A stretch of 64,000 nt of DNA from Gammaproteobacteria bacterium. GTDB taxonomy: Bacteria; Pseudomonadota; Gammaproteobacteria; JABABF01. The number at the start of each line of letters is the position of its first letter. The first letter of the stretch is position 1. This document shows, in pieces, positions 8,063-17,280 of this stretch. The DNA lies in assembly GCA_965237805.1 (NCBI GenBank), contig OZ250153.1, positions 160,001 to 224,000 of the forward strand. Direction: 5' to 3'. The notes below the pieces were generated by a model. It made no database searches. It saw nothing but the letters and a program-made list of their open reading frames with translations, and had not been told where the DNA came from. A program made the position numbers and the translations under genes.

Positions 8063-9087
8063 CACGCTGTCTTCGCCAATAGGCGCATGGCGCGCTCATC
8101 GGCACCGTGTACGATGAGCCCGGTGATACCGCAATCGAGCCAGGCTTTGAAGCGTTCGCGCAGGCGCTGTGGCGGGCCGATCAGCGCCGCGTCATCGACA
8201 TATTCATCCGGCACCGCCGCCGCCGCTTCATCGCGTTGTCCGGCCAGAAACAATTCCTGCACCCGCTCCGCCTCCTGCGCGTAGCCGCGCCGCGCCATCA
8301 GTTTCTTGTGGAAGTTTAGCCGCTCGTGTCCCATGCCGCCGACATAGAGTGCGTAGAACGATTTTTGGCGATCCAGCGCCGCCCGCACATCCTCGGTGTA
8401 GCAGACATGGCAGGAGGCCTGCAGTTCGAAGTGCTTGGGACGTCCGCCGCGGGCGGCGAAACCTTGCTCCAGCGCTTGGCTGTAGTGCGGCATCATGCCG
8501 GGCACAAAGCCGAAAGGTAGCCAGCCGTCAGCCAGTTCTGCAGTCAGCCGCACATGGGGCCCGGCACCTGTGCCGAGCCAGATCGGGATGTCTGGATTGG
8601 CGTGCAGGATACTGCGCAGGGGTTTGGCCAGGCCGCTGGCAGCTGCTCCTCGGTATGGCAGCTGCAGCTCCTCACCATCGTGGCTCAGCGGTCCCTCGCG
8701 TCGCCATGCCTTACGCATGATGCGCACATAGTCGGCCAATCGTCGCCCCGGCTGCCCCCACGGCTGCCCGTACCAGCCCTCGACCACCTGTGGGCCGGAC
8801 AGTCCCAGCCCGACGATGACCCGCCCTTCTCCGGCCAAGGCATCCAGTGTGGCAGCTGTCATCGCCGTTGTGGTGGCGGGTCGCGCCGCCACAACGGCGA
8901 CCGAGGTGCCCAAGCGCAGGCGCTCGGTATGGGCAGCGATAAAGCTCAGCGGCGTGAAAGCATCACTGCCGTAGGCCTCGGCGGTCCACACCGAGTCGAA
9001 GCCGATCTGCTCGGCCAGCTGGATGCGCGCCATCGGCAGGCTCGGGTGCGCTTGATCCCACGGCATGCCGAGGCCCAGTTTTAGCAC
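8062..9087 (-). CDS. LLM class F420-dependent oxidoreductase family protein
   Basis: GFDSVWTAEAYGSDA, GLGLSGPQVVEGWYG, YVGGMG...NFH; GAGG RBS and GTG start at 9087. Confidence 0.88.
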   Translation of the reverse strand: MLKLGLGMPWDQAHPSLPMARIQLAEQIGFDSVWTAEAYGSDAFTPLSFIAAHTERLRLGTSVAVVAARPATTTAMTAATLDALAGEGRVIVGLGLSGPQVVEGWYGQPWGQPGRRLADYVRIMRKAWRREGPLSHDGEELQLPYRGAAASGLAKPLRSILHANPDIPIWLGTGAGPHVRLTAELADGWLPFGFVPGMMPHYSQALEQGFAARGGRPKHFELQASCHVCYTEDVRAALDRQKSFYALYVGGMGHERLNFHKKLMARRGYAQEAERVQELFLAGQRDEAAAAVPDEYVDDAALIGPPQRLRERFKAWLDCGITGLIVHGADERAMRLLAKTA

Positions 9088-9166
9088 GACACACCTCAGC
9101 TCGGAGCGAGCTGGCCCCCGCTGGCACGGGCGGGGACAGAGCTGCTCACTTTTCCTGGCATCGGGC

Positions 9167-10039
9167 TTAGTGATCCAGCTTGAATACCCGTATGGCGTTT
9201 TCGCGCAGGAACTTCGGCCACACTTCATCGTGGAACGGCACATCGCGCAGCTCGCGGAAAATGCGTTCCAGCGATAGTCCCATCGGGAAATAGCCTGCAT
9301 ACATAATCTTGTCTGCGCCGCGAGTGTTGGCGAAGTGGATGATATCCTTGGGATAGTGCTTGGGCGCAAAAGCGCTGGTCGAGTAGTACAAGTTCGGGTA
9401 TTTGAGCATCAATTTCACCGCCAGCGCCGTCCACGGCTCACAGCCGTGGCGGGTGACGATTTTGAGCTCGGGGAAGAACCAGCAGACCTCATCCAACAGC
9501 TCCACATGTTGCGGTGCCATTGGCAGGCGTGGCCCGGGCACCCCCATACAGACGCACAATGGCAAATCCAGCTCTACCAGCTTGGCGTAGACCGGATACC
9601 ACTTCTTGTCATTGATCGGCACCTGTGGGAATAGCCCGGAAGGAAAGGCCGTCACCGCTTTAATATCGTGCTCACGGTGCATTTTTTCGATACGCCGCAC
9701 CTCGTCCATCGCATTGTTGGGATTGGCCTCAATGGAGAGGAAGAAGCGATCTGGATAGCGTTTGACCGCAGCTTTGCTGGTGTCTGGATCGGCACCGAAG
9801 CCGAGCATGGCGCGCTCGATGCCGTATTTATCCATCTCGTCGACGGTGAATTGAATATAGTCGTCGTGTTTGCCGGTTTTGGGGATGTCCTTGAACATGT
9901 ACTGGGCCGGCATTTTGAACAGCTCGCGGCTCTCTCGGTCGAGCAACAGTGGCTTGATGAACTCATACCAGCCGCTAGTATCTTCCCCTGGCACGCTCAG
10001 CATCAGGTCTATCGCTTTGATATCTGTAGGCATTGTCAT
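9167..10039 (-). CDS. Amidohydrolase_2 family protein
   Basis: EMDKYGIERA, PVYAKLVELDLP, FPELKIVTRHG, SAFAPK...DKIMYAGYFP. Confidence 0.88.
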   Translation of the reverse strand: MTMPTDIKAIDLMLSVPGEDTSGWYEFIKPLLLDRESRELFKMPAQYMFKDIPKTGKHDDYIQFTVDEMDKYGIERAMLGFGADPDTSKAAVKRYPDRFFLSIEANPNNAMDEVRRIEKMHREHDIKAVTAFPSGLFPQVPINDKKWYPVYAKLVELDLPLCVCMGVPGPRLPMAPQHVELLDEVCWFFPELKIVTRHGCEPWTALAVKLMLKYPNLYYSTSAFAPKHYPKDIIHFANTRGADKIMYAGYFPMGLSLERIFRELRDVPFHDEVWPKFLRENAIRVFKLDH

Positions 10040-10081
10040 GATGATATTCTCTTATTTCTGAGGCGACTAAGCGGGCAGCCA

Positions 10082-10098
10082 CAGCCATCCGATGGCTG
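10082..10098. promoter_or_regulatory. Perfect palindrome (possible operator or hairpin)
   Basis: CAGCCATC-C-GATGGCTG. Confidence 0.45.
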
Positions 10099-10113
10099 AG
10101 TGCAGCGCCACAC

Positions 10114-10578
10114 TTAGTAGCTCACATTTAATTTCCCGTGATCCCAGCTGATGATTTTTTCTGGACGCACGACGATGGCAGTCTTCTTGGGGGCCATACT
10201 GGCAGAGGCTTGCTCAATCAGCTCTTCACCGATATCCGCGCTGTTGCGGAGCAACACCGCTTTGTGCAGGCGGTGCACGGTTGGCACATCGTTGTGCAGC
10301 TCGGCACGGGCGTGGATCACGACACCGCGCAGCTGTTGGTACTCAAGGCCATTCTCAAACATCACCGTGAGCCGCACGTCGCGTTCCAAGTTCTTAACCT
10401 TTTGCGATTTGCGGAAGGTTTCCAGTACGATGTTGCCATCGACCAAAGCAAACCACAGGGTGGTCAGATGTGGTGTGCCGTCGCGGTTGATCGTGGCGAC
10501 GTGGATATTTTTGCGCTCGGCGATATAGGCCCACACTTCCTCATCGCTCATGCGGATCGAGTCGCGTCGTTTGGGCAT
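10114..10578 (-). CDS. Pyridoxamine 5'-phosphate oxidase family (PPOX/FDOR-like) protein
   Basis: VATINRDGTPH, KSQKVKNLERD, LRGVVI, ISWDH. Confidence 0.88.
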   Translation of the reverse strand: MPKRRDSIRMSDEEVWAYIAERKNIHVATINRDGTPHLTTLWFALVDGNIVLETFRKSQKVKNLERDVRLTVMFENGLEYQQLRGVVIHARAELHNDVPTVHRLHKAVLLRNSADIGEELIEQASASMAPKKTAIVVRPEKIISWDHGKLNVSY

Positions 10579-10641
10579 TGGCTCCTACCTCTTGCTATCA
10601 GTCAGTGTTGCGCGGTGTCTGCTCAGAGTTCAGATCAGAGA

Positions 10642-11121
10642 TCAGAGATTTTGCTCGATCCAGCTGAGCACATCCTCGTGGTGTTGGCGCGTGCGCACTT
10701 TTGGCATCGCGTGGCGCAGGATGCCGTTGCGGTCGATGATAAAAGAGCTGCGGTGTTGGCCGATGAACTCGCGTCCCATGAACTTCTTCGGTTTCCAGGT
10801 GCCATAGGCCGTGGCGGCCAGATGCTCTTCATCGCTGAGCAGATCGAAGTCCAAGTTGTGCTTAGCGGCAAAGCGCGCCAAGCGCGACACCGGGTCGGGG
10901 CTGATGCCGAGTGCCACCGTCTGCGCGGCTTGCAGCGTCTTTCGACTGTCGCGCAGAGCGCAGGCCTGCACCGTGCAACCCGGTGTCAGCGCACGCGGAT
11001 AGAAATAGACCAGAACATTGCGCCCTTTGCAGTCGGCCAGCGAGACGCTCTCGCCGCGCTGGTTTTGCAGGCTAAAGGACGGTGCCACAGCGCCAATTTC
11101 CAGTTCCATCTGTTCAGCCAT
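10642..11121 (-). CDS. bcp: Thioredoxin-dependent thiol peroxidase (BCP peroxiredoxin)
   Basis: YFYPRALTPGCTVQAC, LGISPD, LLSDE. Confidence 0.93.
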   Translation of the reverse strand: MAEQMELEIGAVAPSFSLQNQRGESVSLADCKGRNVLVYFYPRALTPGCTVQACALRDSRKTLQAAQTVALGISPDPVSRLARFAAKHNLDFDLLSDEEHLAATAYGTWKPKKFMGREFIGQHRSSFIIDRNGILRHAMPKVRTRQHHEDVLSWIEQNL

Positions 11122-11204
11122 AGTGCGACATCTATGCCACCAATGCCAGCGCATTACACCGCACCAGTGGCCGCCAGTTTAGCACGGCAATCAACGCGAG
11201 CCGC

Positions 11205-12614
11205 TCAGTTTTGGGCATCGGTAGTTTCGACGATGCCCACGGGGGGCTTCCCTATTGATTCCGCCGACTCGGCCAGCCCCTCGTCGATTTCTTCGAGTGC
11301 CTCGAGCTCGAGGCTGTCCAAATAGTTTTTGGGCAGGGATTTTTTGGGACTGATGCCGAGATTGCGGATTTTTTCTGCCCGGCGCACCAAATTGCCACGG
11401 CCCTCGCTCAGCTGGCTGCGCCCACCCTCCCAAGCTTGTTGGGCTTTGTTGAGTGCTTGTCCGACGCCCTCGTAGGAGGCGACAAAATTCACGAATTTGT
11501 CGTACATGTCCCCGGCCAGCTTGGAGAGCTGCTCCACATTGCGATTGCGCTGATCGATGCGCCACATGCCGGCGACCATCAGTAATACCGGTAACAGGGT
11601 GGCCGGTGAGAGCAATGCGACCTTGCCCACTCTGCTCTGCTCCAGTAATTTAGGCTGTGCTTGATAGGCGGCGATATAGGCCGCCTCCAGCGGTACAAAC
11701 ATGAAGACGAACTCCAAGTTTTTGCCTTCCAGTTCCTCTATTTCTTGATAATTCTTTGCCGAGAGTTGCTTGATATGCGTCTCGACGGCCTTGACATGGG
11801 CTTTTATTTCCTGCTCGCGCTCATCGGCCTCTTTGGCACCCACTGCACGCTCGTAGGCATTGAGCGAGACTTTGGCATCAATGACGACATAGCGCTCGCC
11901 CGGCAGCTTCAACACCACATCCGGGCGCTTGCTCTGGTTCTGTTCGCTGCGGAATGTCTGCTGCGCTATGTAGTGCTGCCCCTGCACCAGACCAGCATTT
12001 TCGAGCAATTTCTGCAAGATCATCTCACCCCAATAACCGCGTGTCTGGCTTTCGCCTTTGAGCGCCTGGGTCAATTGTCGCGCCTCGTCGCCGATATTGA
12101 TATTGGCTTGGTGCAGCTGGTTGACCAAGGTCTTCAGCTCGGTGCGTTCGGTGCTGGCCTGGCCCTGATTGTGTTCTATTTTTTCGCGGAAGGCCTTGAT
12201 ATCGCTTTGCAAGGGATCGATCAACCGTTTGATCGCCAGCTCGCCAGCCCCTTGAATTGCTTCGCGCTTTTGCTCCAACGCCTTGCCGGCCATCGTTTGG
12301 AAACGCTCGCCGAGCTGATTGATCATCGCTTGGCGATCCTTTTCGCGCTCCAGCGTGGCTTCGCTCTCAGCTGCGTCCCGAGCCTGTAGCTGGGCTTTTA
12401 TTGTGTCGCGCTCGGTTTCGCTGCGCACGCGCTCCTCCACAGCTGTTTGCAGCTCGGCACCCAGCCGCTCCAGCGCGGCCTCGGCCCGGCGCCGGTTGCG
12501 CTCGGTGATGATGGACCAAACGGTGGTCCCCAAGGCCCACAGAGCCAAGATGATCAGGCTCCAGAGCACATAGAGCGCCCAGGTACTCATCCAGCTGCTG
12601 AGGATAGCGCTCAC
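11205..12614 (-). CDS. rmuC: DNA recombination protein RmuC
   Basis: N-terminal TM helix and coiled coil, RGYWGEMIL, RPDVVLKLP, IDAKVSL, FVFMFVP, SPATL, YDKFVNF. Confidence 0.93.
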   Translation of the reverse strand: MSAILSSWMSTWALYVLWSLIILALWALGTTVWSIITERNRRRAEAALERLGAELQTAVEERVRSETERDTIKAQLQARDAAESEATLEREKDRQAMINQLGERFQTMAGKALEQKREAIQGAGELAIKRLIDPLQSDIKAFREKIEHNQGQASTERTELKTLVNQLHQANINIGDEARQLTQALKGESQTRGYWGEMILQKLLENAGLVQGQHYIAQQTFRSEQNQSKRPDVVLKLPGERYVVIDAKVSLNAYERAVGAKEADEREQEIKAHVKAVETHIKQLSAKNYQEIEELEGKNLEFVFMFVPLEAAYIAAYQAQPKLLEQSRVGKVALLSPATLLPVLLMVAGMWRIDQRNRNVEQLSKLAGDMYDKFVNFVASYEGVGQALNKAQQAWEGGRSQLSEGRGNLVRRAEKIRNLGISPKKSLPKNYLDSLELEALEEIDEGLAESAESIGKPPVGIVETTDAQN

Positions 12615-13165
12615 GATTGTTTTTCTCCGCTAAACCACGAGATGGCGGCGTGCTGTACCGGATAGCCGTCGCCCGTGCTACGATCGTGGAAAAAATCGCG
12701 TAGGGTTCGCTCCACCACTGGGAAAGCCAGCTCGGCCCACGGGATATCTGCTTCGCTAAACAGCCCAACTTCTTGGCTTTCCGCGCCAGGGGAACAGTCT
12801 GCATTGTCCATCCGCGCACGGAAGAAGGCATAGACTTGGTTGATGCGGGTAATGTCGTAGACCCGGTACAACTGCTCGTCACCGATGCTCGCACGGGCTT
12901 CTTCCAAAGTCTCTCGCCGTGCGGCTTGAGCCAGCGTTTCGTGGTTCTCTAGATAGCCGGCAGGCAAGGTCCAGAAACCGATGCGCGGGATGATGGCGCG
13001 TCGGCACAACAACAGCTGATCGTCGATCACCGGCAAGGCACCGACGACGACGCGCGGATTTTGGTAGTGGATGTAGTTGCAGATGGTGCAAATATAGCGG
13101 TGGCGGTTGTCCTGCTCGGGTACGCGCCACGACAGAGAGCCACTGCACTGGCTACAAAAATTCAT
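12611..13165 (-). CDS. Zinc-ribbon NUDIX hydrolase
   Basis: CSQC...CTIC..IHYQNP and Nudix box GYLENHETLAQAARRETLEEA. Confidence 0.92.
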   Translation of the reverse strand: MNFCSQCSGSLSWRVPEQDNRHRYICTICNYIHYQNPRVVVGALPVIDDQLLLCRRAIIPRIGFWTLPAGYLENHETLAQAARRETLEEARASIGDEQLYRVYDITRINQVYAFFRARMDNADCSPGAESQEVGLFSEADIPWAELAFPVVERTLRDFFHDRSTGDGYPVQHAAISWFSGEKQS

Positions 13166-13656
13166 TGCACGGGCTGGCCAGCTTCTGCCAGCTGCCCGTA
13201 ATGGCCACTGTAGAACAGCAGAGGCAGCCCCTCACTGTGGCGGTGGTGCACCACCGCGCCGATCATGATGATATGGTCTCCACCGGGATGGTGTGTTCGC
13301 AGCTCACATTCAAAACAGGCCAAGCTGGTTGCCAGCACCGGGCAGCCACTGCCGCCGACGGTGGCATCGCCCGCATCCAGCTCATGCGCCCCTTGGCGCG
13401 TATAGCGGGTCGACAAGGCCTGCTGGTCGGCTCGCAGCACATTGACTGCATAGTGCGAAGCCGCCTCGAAGTCGGCTAGGCACTCCGAGTCGCGCTGCAG
13501 ATTCCAAAGCACCAGCGGCGGATTCAAGGACAGCGAGGCAAAAGAGTTCACTGTCATGCCAAAGGCGACGCCATCGCGGCGAGCGGCTGTGACCACACTC
13601 ACTCCGGTGGCAAAGCGCCCCAGCGAGTCGCGTAGTGCGCGGGCGGCTTCAGACAT
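13162..13656 (-). CDS. Flavin reductase family protein
   Basis: LRDSLGRFATGVSVVT, GMTVNSFASLSLNPPLV, GGDH; start moved to ATG 13656. Confidence 0.92.
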   Translation of the reverse strand: MSEAARALRDSLGRFATGVSVVTAARRDGVAFGMTVNSFASLSLNPPLVLWNLQRDSECLADFEAASHYAVNVLRADQQALSTRYTRQGAHELDAGDATVGGSGCPVLATSLACFECELRTHHPGGDHIIMIGAVVHHRHSEGLPLLFYSGHYGQLAEAGQPVQ

Positions 13657-14158
13657 CGGATGCCACCTTGCCAGCCCCCGCGACTCGCCAGCGTGCGGCG
13701 AGTTGTGTATCGCTGTCGCGCGTGCCAACCCAGTGCTCGCCATCGGCGCGCAGCTCCTTTTTCCACAGCGGCGCTTGGGTTTTCAGATAGTCCATGATGA
13801 AGGCGGCAGCATCGAATGCCGCCGCGCGGTGATGTGCGGCGACGACCAGCTGCACCACCACATCGCCCATCGGCACTTCGCCGACCCGGTGCACAATGCG
13901 GGTGCCCAGCAGTGGCCAACGACACTTTGCGCGTTCGGTGATTTCGGCGATAGATCGTTCAGTCATGCCGGGGTAGTGTTCCAAATAGAGTGCTCGGACT
14001 AGTGTACCGCTATCGGTCTCGCGCACCAAACCGGTGCAGCTGACGATGGCACCAGCCCCGGCCGCATCGCGGCGCAGGGCACCCTCCTCGGCCGCCGTAT
14101 CCCAAGGCTCGTGCTCTATGCGCACCGAGGAGCCCGTCGTCACCTGTGCCATCACCAT
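13649..14158 (-). CDS. moaE: Molybdopterin synthase catalytic subunit
   Basis: LEHYPGMT, HRVG, FIMDYLKTQAPLWKKE. Confidence 0.95.
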   Translation of the reverse strand: MVMAQVTTGSSVRIEHEPWDTAAEEGALRRDAAGAGAIVSCTGLVRETDSGTLVRALYLEHYPGMTERSIAEITERAKCRWPLLGTRIVHRVGEVPMGDVVVQLVVAAHHRAAAFDAAAFIMDYLKTQAPLWKKELRADGEHWVGTRDSDTQLAARWRVAGAGKVASDV

Positions 14159-14412
14159 CAGCCGCCAGAGACAGGCGGATAGAAGGCCACTTCATCGCCT
14201 GGCCGCAACGGTCTATCTCCGTGCACCACGCATTGGTTCACCGCTACCACCAGTTGCTCGTCGTCCAGCGCAGAGCCGCGCTCGGTGCCGAAATGGCTGC
14301 GCAGATGGGCGCGCAGGCGCTCGGTGCCAGCCAGTTCATCAGACCACGGCAACTGCAGCTCGCCGCAATCCAGCTGTTCGCGGAGCAGAGCGAAGAACAA
14401 TAGCCGCAACAT
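14158..14412 (-). CDS. moaD: Molybdopterin synthase sulfur carrier subunit
   Basis: LLFFALLREQL, VAVNQ, GDEVAFYPPVSGG C-terminus. Confidence 0.95.
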   Translation of the reverse strand: MLRLLFFALLREQLDCGELQLPWSDELAGTERLRAHLRSHFGTERGSALDDEQLVVAVNQCVVHGDRPLRPGDEVAFYPPVSGG

Positions 14413-14438
14413 ATGCGCACCCAGCCCCGCGCTCAGCG

Positions 14439-14927
14439 CTAAGCCTTGCAGCGCTGCCAATCGCCCGAGCGGCCACCGCTTTTTTGCACTAGGCGCAGCT
14501 CGCCGATCTCCATGCTGCGATCCACCGCCTTGCACATATCGTAGACCGCCAAAGCGCCGACTGAGACCGCCGTCAGCGCCTCCATCTCAACTCCGGTGCG
14601 CCCGTACAGGCGGCAGCTGGCCCGCAGTCGCAGACAGCTGGTGGCCAAGTCGGGCTCCAGCTCCACCGTCACTGATGACAGCATCAGCGGATGGCACAGC
14701 GGCAGCAGATCGGCACAGCGCTTTGCCGCTTGGATGCCGGCGATACGCGCCACAGCGGCGACATCGCCCTTGGGATGCCCGCCCTCGACGACCAAGCGCA
14801 GCGCCTCCTCACTCATATAGACGCAGGCTTCAGCCACCGCTTCGCGCTCGCTGGGAGCCTTGCTACCGATATCGACCATCTGAGCCCGACCTGCGGCATC
14901 GAGGTGGCTCAGTGTGGCGGTGGCCAT
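14439..14927 (-). CDS. moaC: Cyclic pyranopterin monophosphate synthase
   Basis: LSHLD...[45 protein letters not shown]. Confidence 0.96.
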   Translation of the reverse strand: MATATLSHLDAAGRAQMVDIGSKAPSEREAVAEACVYMSEEALRLVVEGGHPKGDVAAVARIAGIQAAKRCADLLPLCHPLMLSSVTVELEPDLATSCLRLRASCRLYGRTGVEMEALTAVSVGALAVYDMCKAVDRSMEIGELRLVQKSGGRSGDWQRCKA

Positions 14928-14944
14928 GGACTATTTGCCGCCGC

Positions 14945-15424
14945 TCAGGGGCGGAACTCGATGCCGCGCATATGCGGTGGCAGGTTGAAGGTGTGGCCGG
15001 GTTCTTCGACTCGTTCCGTCATGCGCCAGCCCTGTTCGGTGCGTAGCAGCTTGTCCACATACCAGATACCGAAGAAGCTCAGCTGAGTGCGCCCTTGTTC
15101 CTCTCCCTCGACCGTTGGTAGTGGCACGTACATCGGGTTATGGCAGATGGTTCTAGCGCGCGCTCGATCGCCCTCCAAGAAGATACGCGAGGGGCCGATC
15201 ATATGCTGGTAGGCAGGGAAACCAGGCAGCGCCTCTTGCAAGAACTTCTTGATTTCCGGGTACTGTCCTTTGGGGCCGCCAAAGCAAGTGTAGTCGATAA
15301 AAGCATCCGCAGTGAAGATATCGTCGAGCTCATCAAATTGGCCGCTGTCGATGGCGATGCAGTAGTCGAGCAATAGCTCTTGAATCTCGAGGCGGTCGGA
15401 GATTTGCTGTGTTGACAGCGGCAT
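14945..15424 (-). CDS. SnoaL-like / NTF2 family protein
   Basis: ISDRLEIQELL..Y..AID, FTADAFIDY, QHMI, YVDKLLRT..GWRM. Confidence 0.88.
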   Translation of the reverse strand: MPLSTQQISDRLEIQELLLDYCIAIDSGQFDELDDIFTADAFIDYTCFGGPKGQYPEIKKFLQEALPGFPAYQHMIGPSRIFLEGDRARARTICHNPMYVPLPTVEGEEQGRTQLSFFGIWYVDKLLRTEQGWRMTERVEEPGHTFNLPPHMRGIEFRP

Positions 15425-15522
15425 GTTTGCCCCTTTCATTCTGGATATGTGGATATTTGCCCGCTAGTATGAGGGATGCGAGTGCCTTGGGCAAGCGCCT
15501 CGGTGATCATCAGCCCAATCCG

Positions 15523-15528
15523 TATAAT
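15523..15528 (+). promoter_or_regulatory. -10 element upstream of the acyl-CoA ligase
   Basis: Perfect TATAAT 30 nt before ATG 15559. Confidence 0.5.
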
Positions 15529-15558
15529 TCATGCCAAGACATTCTGCTAGGCAGTGCC

Positions 15559-17280
15559 ATGTCAGCGTCCCTCCCAGACCGCTATCGCCAAATCCTGCAT
15601 CGTCTCACCGCTGCCGGAGAGACTTTCGCTGTCGAAGAGCGCAGTATCGAAGGACGCCAGTACCGCGTCTATAGCAATGCGGCGAGCAGCTTGGCCGAGG
15701 CGCTGGAAGTGGGTCGCGCTCACGGCGAGCGTATTTTTCTCCACTATCTGGGCGAAGACATCAGCTTCGCCGAATTCTTCCGCCGCGCCGATGCCATCGC
15801 CCACCAGCTGCACCACCGGCTCGGCTTGGCCCCCGGCGCACGCATCGCCATCGCCATGCGGAACTACCCCGAGTGGATGATCAGCTTCACCGCCGCCGTC
15901 TTGGCGCGCTTGGTGCCGGTCGGTGTCAATAGCTGGGGCAAGGCAGCGGAGCTGGAATGGGTGGTCGGCGATGCCGATGCCAGCGCGGTATTCTGCGATG
16001 CCGAGCGCCACCGCGCCCTGCAACCGGCACTGGAGCGGCTCGGCACCAGCGCTGTGCTGGTGCGTCCCGACGACGATGGGCCGCACGGTGAGCACACCCA
16101 CTTGTGGCAAGAGCTGCTGGCGGCTGGCAGTGGCCAGCCGCCCCTGTCGCTGCCGCCGCCGGAGACCGAGGAGCAGGCGATGATGCTCTACACCTCCGGC
16201 ACCACCGGTCGCCCGCGTGGCGTGATGACGCGGCACCGGCAAATCTGCCAATCGATCAGCGATTTCGAATGTACCGGTACCGCTATGGCCGAGATCAACG
16301 GTGATATCTTGATGGCGGCAGTGGAGCGCGGCTGTGATTTCAGCACGCTGATGGCCGTGCCGCTATTCCATGTCAGCGGTTGCCATGCGCTGTTCATGCG
16401 CTGCCTGCGAGCCGGTCAGCGCATCGTCATGATGTACAAATGGGATGTCGACGAGGCGGCGCGGCTGATCGCCGAGCAGCGTCTCAATGTCGTCAGCTTG
16501 GCACCGTTCATGTTGTTGCAGCTGCTGGAGTCCGAGGCCTTTGCCAAGCTGGGTAATACTGGCTTGGTTGCCTTGGGTGTCGGCGGCTCGGCGATGCCAG
16601 CGCAGTTGCCTGGCATCATCGAGGATCGCTGTCCCAATCAGCTGCCCGGTTGCGGTTACGGCTCCACCGAGACCAACGCCACCGGTGTATCGATGAACGG
16701 TCATATATTCCGCGACCGGCCCGCGGCCACTGGCTTGATGTCGCCGATTTGCCGCATGGAGATGCGCGCTGAGGATGGCGCGCCGCTACCCGATGGCAGT
16801 GTGGGCGAGATCTACATCTATGGATCCGCCGTTGCCGACGGCTATTGGCGAAAGCCCGAGCCCAGCGCTGCCGCTTTCTGCGACGGCTGGTTGCGTAGTG
16901 GCGATTTGGGGTATTTCGACGCTGATGGCTATGTGCATATCGTCGGGCGCGTCAAAGAGCAGATTATCCGCGCCGGTGAGAATATCGCGCCAGCCGAGAT
17001 AGAAGACAGCCTGCGCGAGCACCCGGCAGTGGCAGATAGCGCAGTTTTTGGGCTCCCTCACGACCAGTTGGGCGAAGAAGTGGCCGTGCGCGTGGTACTC
17101 GCCGACGGTGTTGTCGGCGAGGTCGAGGCGCTACGCGCTTGGCTAGGAGAGCGCATCGCCCATTTCAAAGTTCCCGCACATTGGCAGCTGGGTTCGGCAC
17201 CGTTGCCGCGCAACCCCAGCGGCAAGGTGCTAAAAAAGCAGCTGATCGCGGAGGCGCAGACGGCTGTGGCTGGCGGATGA
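15559..17280 (+). CDS. Class I adenylate-forming enzyme (acyl-CoA ligase)
   Basis: YTSGTTGRPRG, PLFH, GYGSTE, SGDLG, GRVKE, PSGKVLK. Confidence 0.93.
   Translation: MSASLPDRYRQILHRLTAAGETFAVEERSIEGRQYRVYSNAASSLAEALEVGRAHGERIFLHYLGEDISFAEFFRRADAIAHQLHHRLGLAPGARIAIAMRNYPEWMISFTAAVLARLVPVGVNSWGKAAELEWVVGDADASAVFCDAERHRALQPALERLGTSAVLVRPDDDGPHGEHTHLWQELLAAGSGQPPLSLPPPETEEQAMMLYTSGTTGRPRGVMTRHRQICQSISDFECTGTAMAEINGDILMAAVERGCDFSTLMAVPLFHVSGCHALFMRCLRAGQRIVMMYKWDVDEAARLIAEQRLNVVSLAPFMLLQLLESEAFAKLGNTGLVALGVGGSAMPAQLPGIIEDRCPNQLPGCGYGSTETNATGVSMNGHIFRDRPAATGLMSPICRMEMRAEDGAPLPDGSVGEIYIYGSAVADGYWRKPEPSAAAFCDGWLRSGDLGYFDADGYVHIVGRVKEQIIRAGENIAPAEIEDSLREHPAVADSAVFGLPHDQLGEEVAVRVVLADGVVGEVEALRAWLGERIAHFKVPAHWQLGSAPLPRNPSGKVLKKQLIAEAQTAVAGG

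Noticed and set aside
10138-11325. Long antisense or alternate-frame ORFs (also 25039-26307, 45243-46334, 37084-37854 and others)
   Set aside because: They overlap well-supported genes and have no motifs; typical shadow ORFs of high-GC DNA.
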